64,000 bases of DNA from a bacterium (lineage in GTDB: Bacteria; SAR324; NAC60-12): the NCBI GenBank assembly GCA_965233585.1, contig CBDDTI010000746.1, positions 512,001 to 576,000 of the forward strand. The letters run 5' to 3'. Both the position numbers and the translations under genes were made by a program. Below the pieces are notes generated by a model. It saw only the letters and a program-made list of their open reading frames with translations. It searched no databases and had not been told where the DNA came from. Below, piece after piece: positions 58,079 through 64,000 of this stretch. The number at the start of each line of letters is the position of its first letter. The stretch's first letter is position 1.

Positions 58079-59566
58079 ATGAATGAATTAGAAATAAGTT
58101 TTTTGGAAACTGTCAGGAATATCGTAATTATGAACCCTTTCAGTGATCAATATTGCCTTGTTGCCAAAAAGATTGCCAAAATTCCTGACCAAGCCAGTGC
58201 TTCTGAAGTTTTGGGTTGTGTTGCAAAAACTGCCCAGGATTGGATTGCACAAATTGAATCTAAGTACCAGTACACCCTGACGCTTTCCACTTTTGAAGAC
58301 GAAAAAAACGAGCTTTTGCATTCTCTTTTTTTGTTAGAAGGCTATGGACGATACACCAAAGGCTTTGTTAAATTGATTCAGAAACAGCTTCAAAATAACG
58401 GACAATCACAAGAAGTCAAATTTGGCAAAGAAGCCATTGCCTATTTAGAAAGTCGTGGATTTTCTTACAAAGAAGCATTGTCAAGGTTTGCTCTTTTTTA
58501 TCAGATTCACCGCGCACATTATTTCATCGGAGATTCGTTGCGTGGATGTTCCCAATCTATGCGTGAGCTTCGTTATAAGCTGTGGAGTAACATTTTTACA
58601 AATAGCATTGTCTGGTATGAAAAATACCTTTTTGGAAAGATGGAGGGGTTTTCTACCTTGTTTCTTGGCGAAACTGGCACGGGTAAAGGAGCAGCAGCAG
58701 CAGCACTGGGACAGTCTGGATACATTCCATACGACCATAAAAAACACTGCTTCTCAGAAAGTTTTACAAAAACCTTTCTTGCGACCAATCTTTCTCAATA
58801 TTCCGAACAACTCATTGAATCAGAGCTTTTTGGACACAAAAAAGGAGCATTTACTGGTGCAGTAGAGTCTTATGATGGCTTACTCGGGCAATGTAGCCCA
58901 AACGGTTCAATTTTTCTTGATGAACTGGGAGAAGTCAATATGTCTATCCAAATCAAGTTGCTTCAGGTTTTACAAGAAAGAACCTATACACCTGTGGGAA
59001 GCCACGAACACAAACGTTTTTCAGGACGCATCATTGCAGCAACTAATAAATCCCTAGCAGATTTAAGACAACAGGGAGCAATCCGAGATGATTTTTTTTA
59101 CAGGCTTTGTTCTGATGTCATCACTGTCCCACCATTACGCATGAGAATCCAAGAATCACCCCAAGAAATGGACTTGTTGATTCATATCACTTTGCAAAGA
59201 TTAACAGGTGAAGAACACCCTGAACTTTTTGGGATTGTCAAACGCGCTTTGTCTCATAACTTGCCCAAAGAATACCATTGGCCCGGTAATGTCAGGGAAC
59301 TTGAGCAGGCGGTGAGGCGTGTCTTGCTGACCAAAGAATACCTTGGGGACAGAAAATATGTTGCGGCAGATTTAAGAACAAGACTGCTCAATGATTTTGT
59401 GGAGGGCAATTTGCCTGCTAGCGAAGTGCTTGGTGCTTATTGTGCATTACTTTACGCACGTTATTCTACTTACGAAGAAGTCGCACGCCGTACAATGCTT
59501 GACCGCCGCACAGTGAAAAAATACATTGACTACTGGAAAAAACAAGTTAACACTGATACCATTTAA
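58079..59566 (+). CDS. sigma54-dependent enhancer-binding protein with unrecognised N-terminal domain
   Basis: GETGTGK, ESELFGHKKGAFTGA, FLDELGE, RDDFFYRL, WPGNVREL; C-terminal HTH YEEVARRTMLDRRTVKKY. Confidence 0.93.
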   Translation: MNELEISFLETVRNIVIMNPFSDQYCLVAKKIAKIPDQASASEVLGCVAKTAQDWIAQIESKYQYTLTLSTFEDEKNELLHSLFLLEGYGRYTKGFVKLIQKQLQNNGQSQEVKFGKEAIAYLESRGFSYKEALSRFALFYQIHRAHYFIGDSLRGCSQSMRELRYKLWSNIFTNSIVWYEKYLFGKMEGFSTLFLGETGTGKGAAAAALGQSGYIPYDHKKHCFSESFTKTFLATNLSQYSEQLIESELFGHKKGAFTGAVESYDGLLGQCSPNGSIFLDELGEVNMSIQIKLLQVLQERTYTPVGSHEHKRFSGRIIAATNKSLADLRQQGAIRDDFFYRLCSDVITVPPLRMRIQESPQEMDLLIHITLQRLTGEEHPELFGIVKRALSHNLPKEYHWPGNVRELEQAVRRVLLTKEYLGDRKYVAADLRTRLLNDFVEGNLPASEVLGAYCALLYARYSTYEEVARRTMLDRRTVKKYIDYWKKQVNTDTI

Positions 59567-59618
59567 GAGAAGCGACGTTGGATACTGGAAAACAACAAAC
59601 ACTAACACTTTCTAAAAG

Positions 59619-61112
59619 ATGGGATCCATTGATCTTCAAATAAGCTGGCAAGCAGTTGTCATCACATTTTTAATCGGAACGTTAGGAAGCATTCTAGTCT
59701 GTCTGCCTTCTCTTGTCCGAATTTCCAAATTAAGCCCTGCACAGCTGTTCCGTTCTGGCTCTCCTGAAGCCCACCAAAAATATTGGAAGCTGTCCCTTAT
59801 TGCCTGTCTGCCTGTCATTGTCTTTTATGCCTTGCTTGCTTTTTGGCAAGTCAGGTCATGGCTGGTTGGGGGAATCTTTTTGGTGAGTTTCACCGTGGTT
59901 CTTACGATCTTAGGTTCTACTGCATCGCTTGGGTTGTTTTTATTACAAAAAATTCAAATTGAATCCTACCCCAGATTGAGGCTGGCTTTACGAAGTTTGA
60001 CAAGGCATAAAATTGGGTCAACGCTCTGTTTTGTCGCCATTGGGTCAGGAGCTTTTCTTGCCAGTGTTCCTGAGCAAGTTCGCTCCATCGTTTTTGATGA
60101 ACTCTACCAAAAAGACCCAGACCTCCCAACTCCTAGTTTGTTTTTGTTTGATATTCAACCCAATCAAGTTGAGCCTTTAAAGCAGTTTTTAATTGAAAAA
60201 AATACCAAGCTAGAAGACCTTTCCCCAATGGTGCGTGGACGCATGACTCATATCAACGGCGAATTGATAGAAAAAGACAATGAAGACTTTCAAAGACGCA
60301 GTGTCAATTTGTCTTATCGTGAAAAACTGTCTGTCACAGAACGAATCACTGATGGTGAGGTCATTGACCAGCCTTATGATGAATCAAGTGGAGAACTCCC
60401 CAAAGTTTCTCTAGTCTGGGATTTTGCTGAAGAAAGAGGCATCAGCATCGGGGATACAATTACGTTTGATGTGCAAGGAATCGCAGTTGAAGGGAAAATT
60501 GTCAATTTCAGAGAAGTGTTGTGGACAAGTTTCAGACCTAATTTCTTCATTATGTTTCAAAGTGGAGTGCTAGAAGAAGCTCCCCAAACTTATGTCGGGG
60601 TCATCACATCTGTCCCCCAAGATGAACGTCCAGCGTTACAACATGCTCTCTCTGAACGATTCACCAATATTGCCGCATTAGACGTCTCTAAAAGCATTGA
60701 TGCCATCTCAAAACGTATTGAGCAGATTGTGTGGGCATTGCGTGTAGTGGCATCTGCTACCTTAGTTGTTGGCTTAGTTGTGTTATTTGCGATTGCACAG
60801 TCAGAAACCAAATCGCGTGACTGGGAAGTGGGATTGCTCAAATCACTAGGGGCATCTTTGAACAATGTACGTGTGGTGGTCTATGCTGAGTTTGGCATTT
60901 TATGCCTCGCATCTACTATCGTTGCAATGTTGATGAGTCTTTCCATCTCTCAAACGATTTCATGGCTTATCTTTGGAAGAGTCGGAAGCATTGCATGGAC
61001 TGCCTTCATTGTTGACATAGTGTCTATTCTCTCTTTCAGTTTTTTGATTGCAATCCTTGCTGTTTCACACAGTCTCAAACAAACGCCTCTCAAACTTTTA
61101 CGTTCTGTTTGA
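59619..61112 (+). pseudogene. FtsX-like (YbbP-type) ABC permease, apparently C-terminal part only
   Basis: PSLFLFDIQP.Q, PMVRGR, R.V.W.SFRPNFF, LKSLGAS. Starts at the end of the first FtsX domain; in-frame TAA at 59613; no ATPase adjacent. Confidence 0.6.
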
Positions 61113-61438
61113 TTGACTCTCAAAAATCGTACTTTGTTTAAGTCTTTGTGTTTCTGATTGACGCCCCTTTCATGTTTTTATCAGTATTTTTTACAAATTT
61201 TAAAATATTTGTTAAAGAAACTTTAAAAAGTAATCTTTTAAAGCTATAATTGGCAAAATTTACTTTTGATGTATCCCAGCCCTTTGCTAAATTTGGCTGC
61301 CATACATCTAAAGAAAAATCTCGTTGGTGCAGAGATGAGACAAATTGCTCAGACTTGAATCAGGGATTTTGAAAATCTCATCAATCTATCACAACTCATC
61401 GCATAGAATTTTTTGAAAAATATTTTGGAATTTGGGTT

Positions 61439-62335
61439 ATGGAAAAACAGACAGATAGGCTTTTTGCTCAAAATTTTCATGATTTAGACCAAGCCACTTG
61501 GCTAACCACTGAGAATGGGGAAGAGCTTGCCGAATACAAAGGGAGTTCGTTCAATGGTGTGCCAGAAGGCACTGGCGTCATCACGTTCCCTGATGACACC
61601 ATTTATACAGGAGAATTTCACAAGGGCAATTACCACGGCTACGGACGCTTGCTTGATGCAGGTGGAAGTCATTATGAAGGATTTTGGGAAGCAGGCAAGA
61701 AACATGGTCGAGGCATCCTCTCTTATCCTGATGGTGAAATCTTTACAGGTGTTTTTCAAGACGATGAACCCCAGAAAGGTCATGGCACACTCATGTTATC
61801 TGATGGCACTAAATATATTGGGGAAATCAATCACGGAAATTTTTCGGGTGCAGGAATTTATACTCTGCCTTATGGGGGACAATATATTGGAGAATTTAGA
61901 GACGGACTCTATCATGGACAAGGCTATTTTAAAGACGCAGACGGTACTAGATATATTGGAGAATTTAAAAAGGGAAAAAGGGACGGGCAAGGAATTTTTA
62001 CCTCATCTGGTGGACACACGTACATTGGGGGATTTAAATCTGGAAAATACCACGGACAAGGGACTTATCAATTACCTGATGAAAAATATGTCGGAGAATT
62101 TAAAAATGGAATGCCTAACAATCAAGGTAGGTTGTCTTTTAGTGACGGGGGAGAATACCTAGGTCAATTCAAAAATGGAAGTTACCATGGTGAAGGAACG
62201 CTCTGCTTCCCAGATGGTGGAAAATATGTTGGGCGATTCAAAAACAACGAATACTGGCAAGGCATTCTTTATGATGAACATGGCAACATTGAATCTTCCT
62301 ACGATGGAGGTCAAGAACAAATCAAAGCTGACTAA
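61439..62335 (+). CDS. MORN-repeat protein
   Basis: About 10 repeats of Y.GEFK.G..HGQG. Confidence 0.92.
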   Translation: MEKQTDRLFAQNFHDLDQATWLTTENGEELAEYKGSSFNGVPEGTGVITFPDDTIYTGEFHKGNYHGYGRLLDAGGSHYEGFWEAGKKHGRGILSYPDGEIFTGVFQDDEPQKGHGTLMLSDGTKYIGEINHGNFSGAGIYTLPYGGQYIGEFRDGLYHGQGYFKDADGTRYIGEFKKGKRDGQGIFTSSGGHTYIGGFKSGKYHGQGTYQLPDEKYVGEFKNGMPNNQGRLSFSDGGEYLGQFKNGSYHGEGTLCFPDGGKYVGRFKNNEYWQGILYDEHGNIESSYDGGQEQIKAD

Positions 62336-62883
62336 CTCCAGACTTTTTTGATTTCAGGAAAAAGTAACCATAACTTACTATCTAAAACATCGCCTTTTTC
62401 AACGCAATCCTTCACCCACTTGCCGATGTTCTTTCGGGCATGCACAAAAACCTCAATTCTTTCTTCAGGTTCTAAATTGGGTTGAGGATTTTGATTGTCT
62501 GCCAAACTCTCATCAATCCTCACCTCCACAAGATGAAAAGACTCTGTCAAACAACCCGGTGAACTGAGCAGCGGGGGACTGACACTTGACACCTCTCCAA
62601 CATAGCCTGTCTCTTCCTTCAATTCACGCAATGCCGTTTCTGCTGGGGATTCTCCTTCATCCATCAAACCTGCTGGACATTCCAACACATAAGCATTGAC
62701 AGGATAGCGATATTGCCGCAAGACCACATAATTTTGAGAATGCTGAAAACGTGCAAACACGACGCAAGCCTTGTTTTGCTTGACCCTACTCACAGACTCC
62801 CATGTTTTAGTCACGCCTTGTCTATCAGTATAGGTTTGCTCTGTGACGCAAATCCAATTCCCTTGAAACACTGTTTTTTTCAT
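62332..62883 (-). CDS. NUDIX hydrolase (ADP-ribose pyrophosphatase-like)
   Basis: QYRYP; Nudix box GLMDEGESPAETALRELKEETGY; SSPG. Confidence 0.92.
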   Translation of the reverse strand: MKKTVFQGNWICVTEQTYTDRQGVTKTWESVSRVKQNKACVVFARFQHSQNYVVLRQYRYPVNAYVLECPAGLMDEGESPAETALRELKEETGYVGEVSSVSPPLLSSPGCLTESFHLVEVRIDESLADNQNPQPNLEPEERIEVFVHARKNIGKWVKDCVEKGDVLDSKLWLLFPEIKKVWS

Positions 62884-62895
62884 CAAAATTCTGAT

Positions 62896-63891
62896 TTAAA
62901 AGGTTCTGTCAACGATAAAATGAGCCGCTTGGAGTAGAAACGTTTTTGCATCAGATGGAGGCAAGTTTTCAATAGACTCAGTGGCTTGTTCCACATACTT
63001 TTTAGCAGTTTCAAGACCTTGCTCAATCACTTGATGACGTTTGAGCATTTCAACCACCAACAACACTTCTTGATGACCAATTTTCTCCAATTCCAGAATA
63101 GAGTGAAGCTGACGGCGTTCTGAATCGCTGACACACTTCATCAGGTCAATGAGTGGCAAGGTGGCTTTACGTTCCTTCAGGTCATTGCCAAGAGTTTTGC
63201 CTGTTTGGTCTGTGTAATCCAAAAGGTCATCAACCATTTGAAAGGCAACCCCCACATTCAAACCATAATCATAGAACTGTTGACTCCATCTTTGAGATGT
63301 GTCTGAAAAGAGACTGCCAAAACAAGCACTGACCCCAAACAGCTTAGCGGTCTTGTTGCAAATGACATGATAGTAATGTTCAAAATCAAGTACAGAATAG
63401 GGTTGCACTAGCTGTGAAAGTTCTCCTTTGACCATGCCAAGAGTCGTTTCTGTCACAAGTTCCACCGCACGTAAATTTTTGAGTTGAACAAGCATCAATA
63501 AGGCTTCTGAAAATAAGTAATTGCCTGTCACGACGCTGGTTTGATTATTCCAGACACAACGTACCGTTTCTTGCCCACGACGCAGTTGTGCACAGTCAAT
63601 CACATCATCATGTAAAAGTGTAGCATTGTGTAAGTATTCAATGACGCGTGCGGCTTGTAAATGTTTGGGGGTCAGGTCTCCGCATGCTTTGGCACTTAAA
63701 AAACATAATGCCGCCCGCAAATACTTGCCACCCGCTTTGAAGTGATACGAAGACACACTTTTGAGCAAAGGCTCATTAGGTTCAAGCAAAAAGGTTAAGT
63801 CGTGCTGAAGTTCCTCAAGAGGACTTTTGAGGAAGTCAAAAAGGTTGGAAAGATTGAAATGAGCCACTTTGATTTGAAATTGAAAAATCAA
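62896..63891 (-). CDS. Polyprenyl (octaprenyl-type) diphosphate synthase
   Basis: GGKYLR, LLHDDVID..LRRG, KTA, FQMVDDLLD, GNDLKERKATLP. Start uncertain. Confidence 0.92.
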   Translation of the reverse strand: MIFQFQIKVAHFNLSNLFDFLKSPLEELQHDLTFLLEPNEPLLKSVSSYHFKAGGKYLRAALCFLSAKACGDLTPKHLQAARVIEYLHNATLLHDDVIDCAQLRRGQETVRCVWNNQTSVVTGNYLFSEALLMLVQLKNLRAVELVTETTLGMVKGELSQLVQPYSVLDFEHYYHVICNKTAKLFGVSACFGSLFSDTSQRWSQQFYDYGLNVGVAFQMVDDLLDYTDQTGKTLGNDLKERKATLPLIDLMKCVSDSERRQLHSILELEKIGHQEVLLVVEMLKRHQVIEQGLETAKKYVEQATESIENLPPSDAKTFLLQAAHFIVDRTF

Positions 63892-64000
63892 TATACCACA
63901 TTCCCGCTTGCAATCTCAATCAATAAAAACCTCCCAATAACTGTCGCAAGGAAACCTACCTTTAAAACTTCAATGATTTGAAGCATTCTTGTCTTGGAAG

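Noticed and set aside
61515..62162. 215-aa alternative-frame ORF inside the MORN gene
   Set aside because: Off-frame by-product of repetitive coding sequence; no recognisable motifs.

Overview
AT-rich (about 40% GC by eye) bacterial chromosomal window with no rRNA, tRNA or CRISPR array. The type-2 IleRS, split nuoABCD-H cluster and sigma54-driven flgFGAH suggest a deltaproteobacterium-like (e.g. SAR324-type) host; this is inference only. Housekeeping content: ileS (partial), a glycerol-type ABC transporter, sucA/sucB, birA, nuoABCDH, gmhA, motA, flgFGAH, UbiD, pabB, msrAB, pgk, melA, NUDIX and a polyprenyl synthase. Most notable: (1) an unannotated 28-codon leader ORF ending in six consecutive Cys codons, with alternative hairpins, ahead of a rhodanese/YeeE-led gene cluster, i.e. 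a candidate cysteine-sensing attenuator. (2) Within that cluster, a ~100-140 nt hairpin/RBS/signal-peptide-start module reused in front of three unrelated exported proteins. (3) A sigma54 promoter, tandem enhancer palindromes and a divergent enhancer-binding protein that appear to control a small SutA-like protein. (4) A bPAC-like BLUF adenylyl cyclase. (5) A seven-repeat surface lipoprotein with hypervariable positions. (6) One IS1 nested in another, a VapBC-like module inserted at a duplicated sucA 3' end, and a REP-like palindrome family.
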